Of a stretch of 53,635 nt of DNA, positions 21,250 to 30,345 are shown piece by piece (position 1 is the stretch's first letter; each line of letters starts with the position of its first letter). Position numbers and translations under genes: made by a program. The notes below the pieces were generated by a model. That model was not told the origin of the DNA, did no database searches, and was given only the letters and a program-made list of their open reading frames with translations. The DNA comes from Bacilli bacterium (GTDB taxonomy: Bacteria; Bacillota_I; Bacilli_A; RFN20; CAG-826): assembly GCA_017540455.1 (NCBI GenBank), contig JAFYAZ010000026.1, positions 1-53,635 on the forward strand, written 5' to 3'.

Positions 21250-21807
21250 ATGAACGTTACAGAATTACGCCCTGGCAACTATTTCGAAGATGAAAACACC
21301 CTTTATCAAGTTATCGACATCCTTCTCAACAAAACCGCTATGAGAAAGATGGTTGCTAAAGTCAAAGTTAGAAATGTCCGCACAGGTGCCATCACCGAAC
21401 TTGCCCGTAACTCCGGTTACGACGTTACCCTTGTCAGCGTCGACAAGAAACAGATGCAGTACCTCTACGATGGTGGAACTACCTTAGTCTTCATGGACCC
21501 AGATACCTACGAGCAGGTCGAACTTCCAAAGACCGGACTCGAGCGTGAGATGGGCTTCCTTGCTCCAAACGGCTTCGTTACCATCAACGCTTACGAAGAA
21601 GAAATCCTTGGCATTGAGCTTCCAGCCAAAGTTGCCCTTGAGGTCACCGATTGTGAGCCAGGCGTCAGAGGCGATACCGTCACCAACGGCGGATCCAAAG
21701 ATGCCACCCTTGAAACCGGTCTTAAGATCAGAGTTCCTCTCTTCATCGAGAAGGGCGAAAAGGTCATGGTCGACACTGCCACTGGCAAATACGATAAGAG
21801 AGCCTAA
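21250..21807 (+). CDS. efp: Elongation factor P
   Basis: QYLY, FMD, PGVRGDT, LETG and VPLFI motifs; SD AAGGAG. Confidence 0.96.
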   Translation: MNVTELRPGNYFEDENTLYQVIDILLNKTAMRKMVAKVKVRNVRTGAITELARNSGYDVTLVSVDKKQMQYLYDGGTTLVFMDPDTYEQVELPKTGLEREMGFLAPNGFVTINAYEEEILGIELPAKVALEVTDCEPGVRGDTVTNGGSKDATLETGLKIRVPLFIEKGEKVMVDTATGKYDKRA

Positions 21808-21809
21808 AG

Positions 21810-22034
21810 ATGCTACAACTCGATGTTTGGGTTTTCGTCCTTTCGTTGATTGGTGTCCTCATCGTCGGTGGTGTCGCAGGTTTCTTCCTTGCTCGTTACC
21901 TTATCAAAAAGAATCTCGAGAAGAACCCTCCAGTCACTGAAAAACAGGTTCGTGCTATGTATGAACAAGGCGGCCGCAAACTCAGCGAAAAGCAAGTTCG
22001 TGCCATCATGCACTCAATCAACAAGAACAGATAA
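21810..22034 (+). CDS. YneF/UPF0154 family small membrane protein
   Basis: N-terminal TM helix, then KNPPVTEKQVRAM...GRKLSEKQV. Confidence 0.88.
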   Translation: MLQLDVWVFVLSLIGVLIVGGVAGFFLARYLIKKNLEKNPPVTEKQVRAMYEQGGRKLSEKQVRAIMHSINKNR

Positions 22035-22049
22035 TTTCTTAAAAAATAG

Positions 22050-22078
22050 AAGAGTCACAAATTTGTGGCTCTTTTTTT
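22050..22078 (+). terminator. Intrinsic terminator after efp-yneF
   Basis: AAGAGTCACA-AATT-TGTGGCTCTT plus T tract. Confidence 0.85.
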
Positions 22079-22083
22079 AACTT

Positions 22084-22122
22084 TTTCTGAAAAATCCATT
22101 TTTCTTCTCTATATAGAAAGTG
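22084..22122 (+). promoter_or_regulatory. Putative alternative-sigma promoter motif, copy 2
   Basis: TTTCTGAAAAA-N12-CTCTATAT-AGAAAGTG; matches 7856-7894. Confidence 0.55.
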
Positions 22123-22372
22123 GAGAGGGATTCGAGTCAGCTTTTCTCGGCCGAGTATCGTTGCCGTTTGGCGGCGACAAAGCGTCTCGATGAATATTCC
22201 CTGTAATAGCTAATCACTATCGCAGTATCCGCTTGCAAGCGGTCTGGGCTTAAGAGACCTCCTAGCTCTTGAGCTTGATTACCGCGTTGCCTCTTCTTGT
22301 TCTTGTTATCGAGCGTACTCTTTAAAGGGATGTGCCCTGAGATGTCGAAACAAGAGAGAAGAGGTGCGTGGA
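22121..22372 (+). ncRNA. Candidate structured non-coding RNA of unknown family
   Basis: Five consecutive hairpins whose non-canonical pairs are mostly G-U on the + strand; lies between a terminator and the separate promoter of the next gene. Confidence 0.55.
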
Positions 22373-22383
22373 CCATATCTTCT

Positions 22384-22392
22384 TGGTATAAT
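22384..22392 (+). promoter_or_regulatory. Extended -10 promoter of a leaderless hypothetical gene
   Basis: TG-G-TATAAT, 7 nt before ATG 22400; no SD. Confidence 0.6.
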
Positions 22393-22399
22393 TTCATTC

Positions 22400-22858
22400 A
22401 TGAAATACAACCCTTGGAGAACTTCGCAATCATATAGCTTCTATCTAGTTAGCGTTTTGTATATCGCTAGCTTGGTGGTTGTGTTTTTGTTAGATCTTCT
22501 TACCAGCACCCCGATTCTTTGGGCATACGTAGTGGTATCTACGCTAGGGGAGCTGTACTTTTTGGTTATGTTCTTCGCCGACTGCCTTACCTATTGGAAA
22601 GGACACTGTCTCATCATCACAGACCAAGAACTAACGTTCTACGACGAAATAAAAAAGGAGAAGGTCAAAGTATCAATCGATAGCCTTCTGGAATTCAAAT
22701 ATGAGAACAGAGGAAAGATCTATTTCGTTTATAAAAAACATGGCAGAAATGAACATTCCTGTATAGCTCAAGTATTCACAAAAAAAGAAAGAGCCTTCTT
22801 AGATTCAATTATCGCGACCATTTACGAAAGAGACGCTAAGGTCAACCTTCATAACTAA
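22400..22858 (+). CDS. Hypothetical membrane protein (2 TM helices plus a small beta-rich cytoplasmic domain)
   Basis: Two hydrophobic helices followed by CLIITDQELTFYD...KIYFVYK; has its own promoter and terminator. Confidence 0.7.
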   Translation: MKYNPWRTSQSYSFYLVSVLYIASLVVVFLLDLLTSTPILWAYVVVSTLGELYFLVMFFADCLTYWKGHCLIITDQELTFYDEIKKEKVKVSIDSLLEFKYENRGKIYFVYKKHGRNEHSCIAQVFTKKERAFLDSIIATIYERDAKVNLHN

Positions 22859-22872
22859 AGTGTTTATCGAAA

Positions 22873-22903
22873 AAAATGTGCGGCAGTGGTTGTCGCACAT
22901 TTT
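22873..22903. terminator. Bidirectional terminator between the hypothetical gene and plsY
   Basis: AAAATGTGCGGCA-GTGGT-TGTCGCACATTTT. Confidence 0.8.
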
Positions 22904-22935
22904 AATTATCAGAAAACTAAATATCTACTAATTAA

Positions 22936-23664
22936 TTACTTCCATTCGAGAGGCTTTTCTTCGCCTTTCTTGATACGCTCAATGTTTGAAGCATGACGGA
23001 TAACGAGAAGCACATAAACGATAACTTCGGCAACGAGCATTTCCCATCCGATGCAAACGCCGCCAACTAAGCCGAGATCCCAAAGGATGATTTTGAAGAA
23101 CGCTCCTCCTCCGATGATGATATCAAGCAAATAGAAAAGTCCGCTGATGCCGATGAGGATGGCTCCTGAAAGGAGAGAGGCCTTGGACATGACTTTCTTA
23201 AAGACAACAAGGAAGACAGTGAAGAAGACGGCTAAGGAAATAATGAATCCAAGCCAACTTGATCCGCCGAAGATAGCCATGAAGCAGGCAACGGCCTTCC
23301 CACCTTTGAATTTAAGCCATGGTGAGAAGCAGTGGCCAAAGGCAGCAGCGACACAAACTAGATAGTTATAAAGAACGCCATTATCGAACAAATCAGCAAG
23401 ATTGATTGGGCCAAAGCGAAGGAAAAGCCAAACTGTCCAGAAAGCAAAGACGGTTTTGGCGATATCAAGAACCATGACAAGGATACCGACCTTCTTGCCT
23501 AAAACACGGCCAGAATTGGTTCCGCCGGAATTGTGTGATCCATAGTCACGCGGATCGACGCCAAAAAAGAGTTTTCCGACAATGACACCGGTAGGAATGC
23601 TACCAACAAGGAAGCCCCAAATGAGACAGCCTAAGACGACAAGAATATTCAATAAGATGTTCAC
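22936..23664 (-). CDS. plsY: Glycerol-3-phosphate acyltransferase PlsY
   Basis: GSIP, GSHNSGGTNSGR, GHCFS...FKGGKAVA and RHASNI motifs; divergent from parE. Confidence 0.93.
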   Translation of the reverse strand: MNILLNILVVLGCLIWGFLVGSIPTGVIVGKLFFGVDPRDYGSHNSGGTNSGRVLGKKVGILVMVLDIAKTVFAFWTVWLFLRFGPINLADLFDNGVLYNYLVCVAAAFGHCFSPWLKFKGGKAVACFMAIFGGSSWLGFIISLAVFFTVFLVVFKKVMSKASLLSGAILIGISGLFYLLDIIIGGGAFFKIILWDLGLVGGVCIGWEMLVAEVIVYVLLVIRHASNIERIKKGEEKPLEWK

Positions 23665-23730
23665 GGTTCATCCTCTCTTCAAAATGTGCCTATTATTTTG
23701 ATAATAGCCCTACTTTTTTAAAAGCAAGTT

Positions 23731-23739
23731 TGCTATAAT
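23731..23739 (+). promoter_or_regulatory. Extended -10 promoter of parEC
   Basis: TG-C-TATAAT, 44 nt upstream of the parE ATG. Confidence 0.55.
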
Positions 23740-23783
23740 ACACTACAACAGACGTATTAATATCTCCAGCATTATTTAGATTT

Positions 23784-25715
23784 ATGGTCGACACAAAATA
23801 CACTGCTAACGACATTGAATTATTATCGGAGCTTGAAGGTGTCAGGAAACGCCCTGGCATGTACATCGGTTCTACCAACTTAAATGGATTACACCACCTT
23901 GTGTGGGAAGTTATAGACAACTCGGTTGACGAAGCGGTCAACGGCTACGGTAAGAAAATAACCGTCACTTTGATGAGGGACGGATCTTTAACCGTCGAAG
24001 ACGAAGGCCGTGGTGTCCCGGTCGATATTCACAAAGAATCCGGAATCCCAGCCGTTCAACTTATTTATACGACCCTCCATAGCGGTGGTAAGTTCAACAG
24101 CAAGAACTATAAGACCAGCGCTGGTCTTCATGGCGTTGGCGCGACTGTTGTTAACGCTTTAAGCGAATTTGTCGAGGTCACCGTTTACCGTGACAATCAA
24201 ATCAGTCAAATCACTTTTGCTAACGGGGGTCGTTTACAAACACCTCTTCACGTCATCGGTTCTACGAACAAACACGGAACTACCGTCCGTTTCAAACCAG
24301 ACCCATCTATTTTCCCTAATACAAAATTCAGTTATGAAACAATCGCCTCAAGACTCGAAGAAAAGAGTTATCTTTTAACCGGCGTTCATTTCATCATCAA
24401 AGACCAAATCACCGGAAATACTCACGATTACTATACCGAACACGGTTTACGTGAATATGTCCAAACCTTAACCATCGACAAAACGCCTATGGCGGATGTT
24501 ATCGACATGAGCGATAACTCCAACCCAATTCAGGTCGACATTGCTATGAGATGGTGTGTTGGTGACTATGGCGAGAACATCTATAGCTATGCTAACGATG
24601 TCAGAACCGCTGATGGTGGCACCCATGAGACCGGATTCAAAGGCGCATTAACCAAGATCATCAATGACTGGGCAAGCGAAAACGAACTCATCAGAGGCAA
24701 TCAATCTATTGATGGCAGCGACATCCGCGAAGGGCTTACCGCCGTTATCTCAGTAAAAGTCCCTGAAAACAAACTTGAATACGAAGGACAAACCAAAGGC
24801 AAACTTGGAACGCCAGAAGCGACCGCCGTTGTCAGCAACGCTTTAGCGAACTTCATGCCTTACTATCTTACCGAGCATAAAGACTTTGCTGTGGCTCTTA
24901 TCAAGAAGTGCGCCCAAGCCAAGGAAGCTCGTGAGGCTGCCCGCAAAGCTCGTGAGGCCGCTAGGGGAACCAAGAAGAAAGTTGCTGAAATGATCATCAG
25001 CGACAAACTCGCCAGCGCTCAGAGCAAAGACTACAAGAACAACGAGCTATTCATCGTCGAGGGTGATTCCGCAGGCGGAACCGCCAAGAAAGGCCGCGAC
25101 AGAAGTCATCAAGCCATCCTTCCATTACGTGGCAAACCTTTAAATACTCATAACGTTTCCAACCAGGAAATCATCGATAACCTCGAATTCTCGACCCTCA
25201 TCCAGACCATTGGCGCTGGATTCGGAGATGAATTCAATCCTGACGCGAGCCACTATGGAAAGATCATAATCATGACCGATGCTGATACCGACGGTGCTCA
25301 CATCCAAATCCTTTTGCTCACGTTCTTCTACAACTACATGAAGCCTCTCATCGACCGCGGAATGGTCTATATTGCTCAGCCGCCTCTTTATCGCGTGTAC
25401 AAGAAGAGCGATACGAAGAAACACATTTTCTGCTGGAGCGATGAGGAACTTGAGAAAGCAAAACAGAAGATTGGTGCCGGATACGGCATCAACAGATATA
25501 AAGGTCTCGGCGAAATGAACGAAGATGAGCTAGCTTTAACCACAATGAATAAAGCGACCCGTGTGCTTTGCCGAGTCATGATCGATGATTCTCTTGTCAC
25601 CGAAAAGCGTATCGAAACCCTCATGGGCAAAGACAGCGCTCCACGCTGGGCTTGGATTCAGGAGAACGTCACGTTCAACGAAAAAGACGAGTTTATTAAA
25701 GAAGTGAAGAACTAA
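23784..25715 (+). CDS. parE: Topoisomerase IV subunit B
   Basis: [34 protein letters not shown] and YKGLGEM motifs; plsY-parE-parC context. Confidence 0.92.
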   Translation: MVDTKYTANDIELLSELEGVRKRPGMYIGSTNLNGLHHLVWEVIDNSVDEAVNGYGKKITVTLMRDGSLTVEDEGRGVPVDIHKESGIPAVQLIYTTLHSGGKFNSKNYKTSAGLHGVGATVVNALSEFVEVTVYRDNQISQITFANGGRLQTPLHVIGSTNKHGTTVRFKPDPSIFPNTKFSYETIASRLEEKSYLLTGVHFIIKDQITGNTHDYYTEHGLREYVQTLTIDKTPMADVIDMSDNSNPIQVDIAMRWCVGDYGENIYSYANDVRTADGGTHETGFKGALTKIINDWASENELIRGNQSIDGSDIREGLTAVISVKVPENKLEYEGQTKGKLGTPEATAVVSNALANFMPYYLTEHKDFAVALIKKCAQAKEAREAARKAREAARGTKKKVAEMIISDKLASAQSKDYKNNELFIVEGDSAGGTAKKGRDRSHQAILPLRGKPLNTHNVSNQEIIDNLEFSTLIQTIGAGFGDEFNPDASHYGKIIIMTDADTDGAHIQILLLTFFYNYMKPLIDRGMVYIAQPPLYRVYKKSDTKKHIFCWSDEELEKAKQKIGAGYGINRYKGLGEMNEDELALTTMNKATRVLCRVMIDDSLVTEKRIETLMGKDSAPRWAWIQENVTFNEKDEFIKEVKN

Positions 25716-25717
25716 CC

Positions 25718-28345
25718 ATGGCCAGAAAGAAGATTGAAGAACCAATAATCCAAGAAAACATTATTTTTGGCCCGCTTGACGAGTTAATGGGCGCTAAATT
25801 TGCTATTTACGCCAAAGATGTCATCCAAGATCGTGCCATTCCTGATGCCAGAGACGGCTTAAAGCCAGTTCAGCGCAGGATCGTTTACGATATGTGGAAC
25901 ACCGGCAACACCATTGATAAGCCAACCAAGAAGTGTGCTCGTATCGTTGGCGATGTTTTAGGTAAATACCACCCACATGGCGATTCCTCCGTCTATGAAG
26001 CATTAGTTCATATGTCCCAGGACTGGAACGTTCGTTATCCTTTGATTGATTTCCAGGGTAACAACGGTTCTATGGACGGCGATAGTGCAGCTGCCTATCG
26101 TTACACCGAAGCTAGATTGAGCGCCATTTCTAATGAATTAGTCGCTGATATCGACAAAGAAACGGTGGACATGGAGCTTACCTTCGATGACACCTTATTT
26201 GAACCAACGGTTCTCCCTGCCCAATTCCCTAACCTTCTCGCTAACGGATCTGAGGGTATTGCCGTTGGTATTTCAACCTCGATTCCTCCTCACAACCTCC
26301 GTGAGTTAACATCCGCAATCGTTTACAGGATCAAACACCCAGAGTGCATCGTTGATGACCTCATGAAGTTTGTCCCTGGCCCAGATTTCCCAACTGGTGG
26401 CATCATTTTCAAATCAGCCAGCTTAGAGGACATCTATAGAAAAGGCCGTGGCAAAGTCATCGTAAGCGGCAAAGCCGACATCGTTAGCGATGGCAAAGGC
26501 GCAAGCCAAATCATCATCTCCGAGATTCCATTCCACGTTAATAAATCAGTCTTAGTCAAAGCCATCGATAAGATTTGCCATGATAAGACAATCCCTGGCA
26601 TCCTCGAAGTTCGTGATGAGAGTGACAAAGAAGGCCTTAGAATCTCAATCGACCTCAAGAACGATTGCAAACCTGAAGCCGTCTTGGCCTATCTCATGAA
26701 CAAGACGCAGCTTAAAACATCGTTCAGCGCTCAAGTGGTGGCCATCGTTGATGACAAGCCAAAGACATTGGATCTTCTTTCTTACTGCGATTGTTACATC
26801 CAGCATCAGCTCGACGTTATCACCAGAAAGAGTCATTTCCTTTTAAACAAGTACACTTTCCGCTTACAGATCGTCGAAGGCCTTATCAAAGCCATCAGCA
26901 TCCTCGACAAAGTAGTTGAGGTCATCAAAGGCAGCCACGACAAAGCGGATTCGAAAGAGAACATCCAAAGAGAGTTCGGTTTCACCGAGCCTCAGGCAGA
27001 AGCCATCGTCATGATGCCTCTCTATAAGCTTTCCCATACCGATATTAAGGTTCTCCAAGATGAGAACATTAAGCTCAACGAGGACATTGCTTACTTAAAC
27101 GGCTTATTGAGCGATCAAAGCAAGCGGGAAGACGTCATCATTGAAAATCTTAAGAGCATTTCTAAGAAGTACTCAGGAGAACGTCTTACTGAGATTCGCG
27201 AAGAAGAAACGACAACAACCCTCAACAAGCGCGACCTTATTGCCAAAGAAACGGTCAAGCTCGTTGTTACCAGAGACGGTTATATCAAACGTTCATCCCT
27301 CAAATCCTGGAAAGGATCCGGTGGACAGAACGGCGCCAAAGCTGGCGTTAAGACCGGCGACTCATTTGTCTTTGATGGCGAATGCGAGACAACCGACTTC
27401 ATCCTTGTATTCACTGAGCAGGGCAATTACCTTTACATCCCTGTCAACGAAGTTAAAGAGGCTAAGTGGAACGACGAAGGATATCACGTCAACAACCTCG
27501 TCAACCTCGCTTCGAACGATCATCTCGTTGCGGCCTTTGCCGTCCGTCACTTCAGACACGATCTCTTCATGATTCTTCTTTCGAGGAACGGTTCCATTAA
27601 GAGAATCCGTCTTGATTCTTTCCCGGTCGTCAGACGCAGCAAACCAATTCCAGCAATCAGGCTTGAGAAAGGCGATTCCCTTGTTGGCGTCACTTATTCT
27701 ACAGGCGACAGCAATCTCTTCATCACAAGTGAAGATGGTCGTGCTGCTTTCTATAACGAAAATGAAATCTTCATCAGCAATCCAAAGAGTCGCGGCATGA
27801 AAGCAGGCTCCTTTGGAGGCAAACCTCTTGCTGGCGTTCTTGCTTTCAATCAAGACGATAAAGAGAACAAGATACTCGTTGTCACCGACCGCGGATCTAC
27901 TAGAGTCTTCGATACCAACCATATCAACCTGCAGAAGAGGCTCCATAAGGCGAATACCTTCTTCAATATGTTCAAGAAGGAACCTCACCGCGTTGTCTTT
28001 ATCTCAAGGACAAACGGACAAGTCCCTCCATACACCATTGAAGCGGTTTTGAACGATGGCACACGTTATGACATCGTGTTCCCTGACTTCTATTTGACTC
28101 CAACAGACAGATACGCAAAGCGTCCTGACTCTTTCCCGGCCAAGAATCGTATAGAATTTGTATCGAAGGATAACTCGAACTCATATCTTATCGACGATTC
28201 TATCCAATCATTTGAGCCAGCTCTCCCTCCGATAGAGGAAGAACCGGAAGCTCCAATCCAGGAGAAAGAGGAAAAACCAGTCGTTTATGAGGAAATGTCC
28301 CTATTCGACGACATACTTAACTTTGAGGACGATAAGAAAGAATAA
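25718..28345 (+). CDS. parC: Topoisomerase IV subunit A
   Basis: [19 protein letters not shown] and AAYRYTEAR motifs; no clear GyrA box; follows parE. Confidence 0.92.
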   Translation: MARKKIEEPIIQENIIFGPLDELMGAKFAIYAKDVIQDRAIPDARDGLKPVQRRIVYDMWNTGNTIDKPTKKCARIVGDVLGKYHPHGDSSVYEALVHMSQDWNVRYPLIDFQGNNGSMDGDSAAAYRYTEARLSAISNELVADIDKETVDMELTFDDTLFEPTVLPAQFPNLLANGSEGIAVGISTSIPPHNLRELTSAIVYRIKHPECIVDDLMKFVPGPDFPTGGIIFKSASLEDIYRKGRGKVIVSGKADIVSDGKGASQIIISEIPFHVNKSVLVKAIDKICHDKTIPGILEVRDESDKEGLRISIDLKNDCKPEAVLAYLMNKTQLKTSFSAQVVAIVDDKPKTLDLLSYCDCYIQHQLDVITRKSHFLLNKYTFRLQIVEGLIKAISILDKVVEVIKGSHDKADSKENIQREFGFTEPQAEAIVMMPLYKLSHTDIKVLQDENIKLNEDIAYLNGLLSDQSKREDVIIENLKSISKKYSGERLTEIREEETTTTLNKRDLIAKETVKLVVTRDGYIKRSSLKSWKGSGGQNGAKAGVKTGDSFVFDGECETTDFILVFTEQGNYLYIPVNEVKEAKWNDEGYHVNNLVNLASNDHLVAAFAVRHFRHDLFMILLSRNGSIKRIRLDSFPVVRRSKPIPAIRLEKGDSLVGVTYSTGDSNLFITSEDGRAAFYNENEIFISNPKSRGMKAGSFGGKPLAGVLAFNQDDKENKILVVTDRGSTRVFDTNHINLQKRLHKANTFFNMFKKEPHRVVFISRTNGQVPPYTIEAVLNDGTRYDIVFPDFYLTPTDRYAKRPDSFPAKNRIEFVSKDNSNSYLIDDSIQSFEPALPPIEEEPEAPIQEKEEKPVVYEEMSLFDDILNFEDDKKE

Positions 28346-28866
28346 TGAAAAAGACACCAAATTGGTTCCCGACATACCGTGCTAACTCAATCTTCGAGAT
28401 ACCACTCTCTTTCTATGCCGAACACGGAATCAAGGTCGTTCTCTCTGATTTAGACAATACGCTCGACGACTACAGGGTCCAAACCCCAAGTCCAAGAACC
28501 CGCGAACTCATCGAAAACCTTAAGAAGGCTGGGATAGAGTTCTATATCGCTTCCAACAACACCTCCAAGCGCGTCTCGGTTTATGCTGAGAGCCTTGGAA
28601 TCAAAGTCTTTTCAGGATTAATGAAGCCTTTCAGCGGACCGCTTAAGAAGCTAATCCAAAAGGAAGGATTCAAAAAAGAAGAAGTTGTCCTTATCGGTGA
28701 TCAAGTTCTTACCGATGTCAAAGCTGGAAACGGAGCGGGAATCATGACGATTCTCACCGAGCCAATCAGCAAAGGGGATATCATTTGGACAAGATTTAAT
28801 CGAGTTTTTGAAAAAAGGAAAAGAAGAAAGATTCTCTCTGAGACCTATAATTTAATTGGGAGGTAA
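28345..28866 (+). CDS. yqeG: YqeG family HAD IIIA phosphatase
   Basis: DLDNTL, SNN, KP and IGDQVLTDV motifs. Confidence 0.9.
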   Translation: MKKTPNWFPTYRANSIFEIPLSFYAEHGIKVVLSDLDNTLDDYRVQTPSPRTRELIENLKKAGIEFYIASNNTSKRVSVYAESLGIKVFSGLMKPFSGPLKKLIQKEGFKKEEVVLIGDQVLTDVKAGNGAGIMTILTEPISKGDIIWTRFNRVFEKRKRRKILSETYNLIGR

Positions 28867-28870
28867 AACG

Positions 28871-30046
28871 ATGAGCATCATCACATCCGTCCGCCGCTGT
28901 TACAGCTGTGGCAAAGTCCTTCAAGACAACGATCCAAGAAAAGAGGGTTACATCGAACCTGCGACTTTGCTCTCGCTTCATGCAAGTGACATGATTCTTT
29001 GCCGTGAATGCTATGAGGCACTTCATCAGAATGAAGCACCGGCAGCCGCTGATGTCTCTGATGAATTCTTAAGCATGCTTAGAGACGCCAAAAAAGAAGG
29101 CGCCACAATCGTTTACCTCGTCGATTTGATTTCCTTTGAATGTTCATTCAACAAGGAAGTCCTCGATTTAATCGTTGATCTCCCGGTCATCATCATCGCC
29201 AGCAAATGGGATTTGATGCCAAAAGATACAGAAGTAGAACATACCAAAGAGTATGTCGCTCACCGTTTCAGAGCCGAAGGCTTCAAGAAAGCCAAAGCAA
29301 CCGACGTCATCCTTCTTGATTACAACAATTCCGCCGATGCGACCCTTGCGTCTGGAATGATCAAAAAGAAGCGTCAGGGGAAGAACGTCTACGTCATCGG
29401 CGCAAAAGGAGCTGGCAAGAGTGCCTTCCTTACAAGCTTCCTCAGGCAATTTAAGAACACTTCCAATCGCGGAATTTCGATTGGAGCTTATAAAAACACC
29501 TCTCTTGAGGTTTGGCAGATCCCTCTTGATGACAATTCCTACATCTATGACACTCCAGGTACCGGCGTTAAGAACTCCTTGCTTGGACAGATTAACTATC
29601 CAAAAGAAATCGTCATCACGAGTAGGTTAACCCCAAGAAAACAAAACGTTGCCCTAAATGGCAGCTTGTTCATCGGATACATCGCAAGGATCGATCCTAT
29701 CAAACTCGCTTCCGATAAGAAAAGAGTCTCTTTCACCTGTTACTTTGCACCTAAAGTAGCGCTCAAAGCCATCTCTCCGAAAAATGACATGACCGCTTTA
29801 TTCCATAAATACATCAAAAATAAAGCCCTCAAGCCGCATGTGTTCTGGTTCAAATGTCAGAATGACGCTGACGTATTTGACTTTGAGTTAGAAGAGAACG
29901 GCCCAAGAGATATCGGTATCGCCGGTCTTGGTTGGGTCTCGTTCGAAGGCACTAAGGGCGATGTCTTCAGAATCTATGTTCCTAAGAACATCGGTGCCTA
30001 TGCATCGCGCGCGAAAATCATTAAGAAAAAAGAAGGAAAGAAATAA
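28871..30046 (+). CDS. yqeH: Circularly permuted GTPase YqeH
   Basis: CYSCG...CREC zinc finger; SKWD (G4) precedes GAKGAGKS (G1) and DTPG. Confidence 0.88.
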   Translation: MSIITSVRRCYSCGKVLQDNDPRKEGYIEPATLLSLHASDMILCRECYEALHQNEAPAAADVSDEFLSMLRDAKKEGATIVYLVDLISFECSFNKEVLDLIVDLPVIIIASKWDLMPKDTEVEHTKEYVAHRFRAEGFKKAKATDVILLDYNNSADATLASGMIKKKRQGKNVYVIGAKGAGKSAFLTSFLRQFKNTSNRGISIGAYKNTSLEVWQIPLDDNSYIYDTPGTGVKNSLLGQINYPKEIVITSRLTPRKQNVALNGSLFIGYIARIDPIKLASDKKRVSFTCYFAPKVALKAISPKNDMTALFHKYIKNKALKPHVFWFKCQNDADVFDFELEENGPRDIGIAGLGWVSFEGTKGDVFRIYVPKNIGAYASRAKIIKKKEGKK

Positions 30047-30048
30047 AG

Positions 30049-30345
30049 ATGCTCTCTCCGAAAAACCGTGCATACCTTAAAGGCCTAGCCAACCATTTGA
30101 AGCCATCACTCAACATTGGCAAAGGCGATATTGATCAAACGCTCTTAGAAGTCTTAGATAAAGCCCTAGAAGCACATGAATTGGTTAAGGTTCGTGTTTT
30201 AGAAACGGCTTCTTCGACTTTTGAAGAGATTTCTGATTCTCTTTGTGAAGGGACCGGCGCCCAATTTGTTGGCAAGACAGGGCATATCATCACCCTTTAC
30301 CGCGAAAGCAAGAAGAACAAAACAATCGTACTTCCTCATAAATGA
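30049..30345 (+). CDS. yhbY: YhbY/CRM RNA-binding protein
   Basis: LKGLANHLKP..IGK, HELVKV and GHIITLYR motifs. Confidence 0.9.
   Translation: MLSPKNRAYLKGLANHLKPSLNIGKGDIDQTLLEVLDKALEAHELVKVRVLETASSTFEEISDSLCEGTGAQFVGKTGHIITLYRESKKNKTIVLPHK

Noticed and set aside
22121-22375. tmRNA, tRNA, SRP, RNase P, 6S or retron msr-msd identity for the structured element
   Set aside because: No acceptor stem/T-arm pairing despite GGACCA at the end; no SRP core or RNase P conserved motif; multi-hairpin rather than a single 6S rod; no reverse transcriptase in the window.
22137-22397. 86-aa - strand ORF across the structured element
   Set aside because: No recognisable motif or RBS; it starts inside the promoter of the next gene; the G-U pairing bias points to the + strand.
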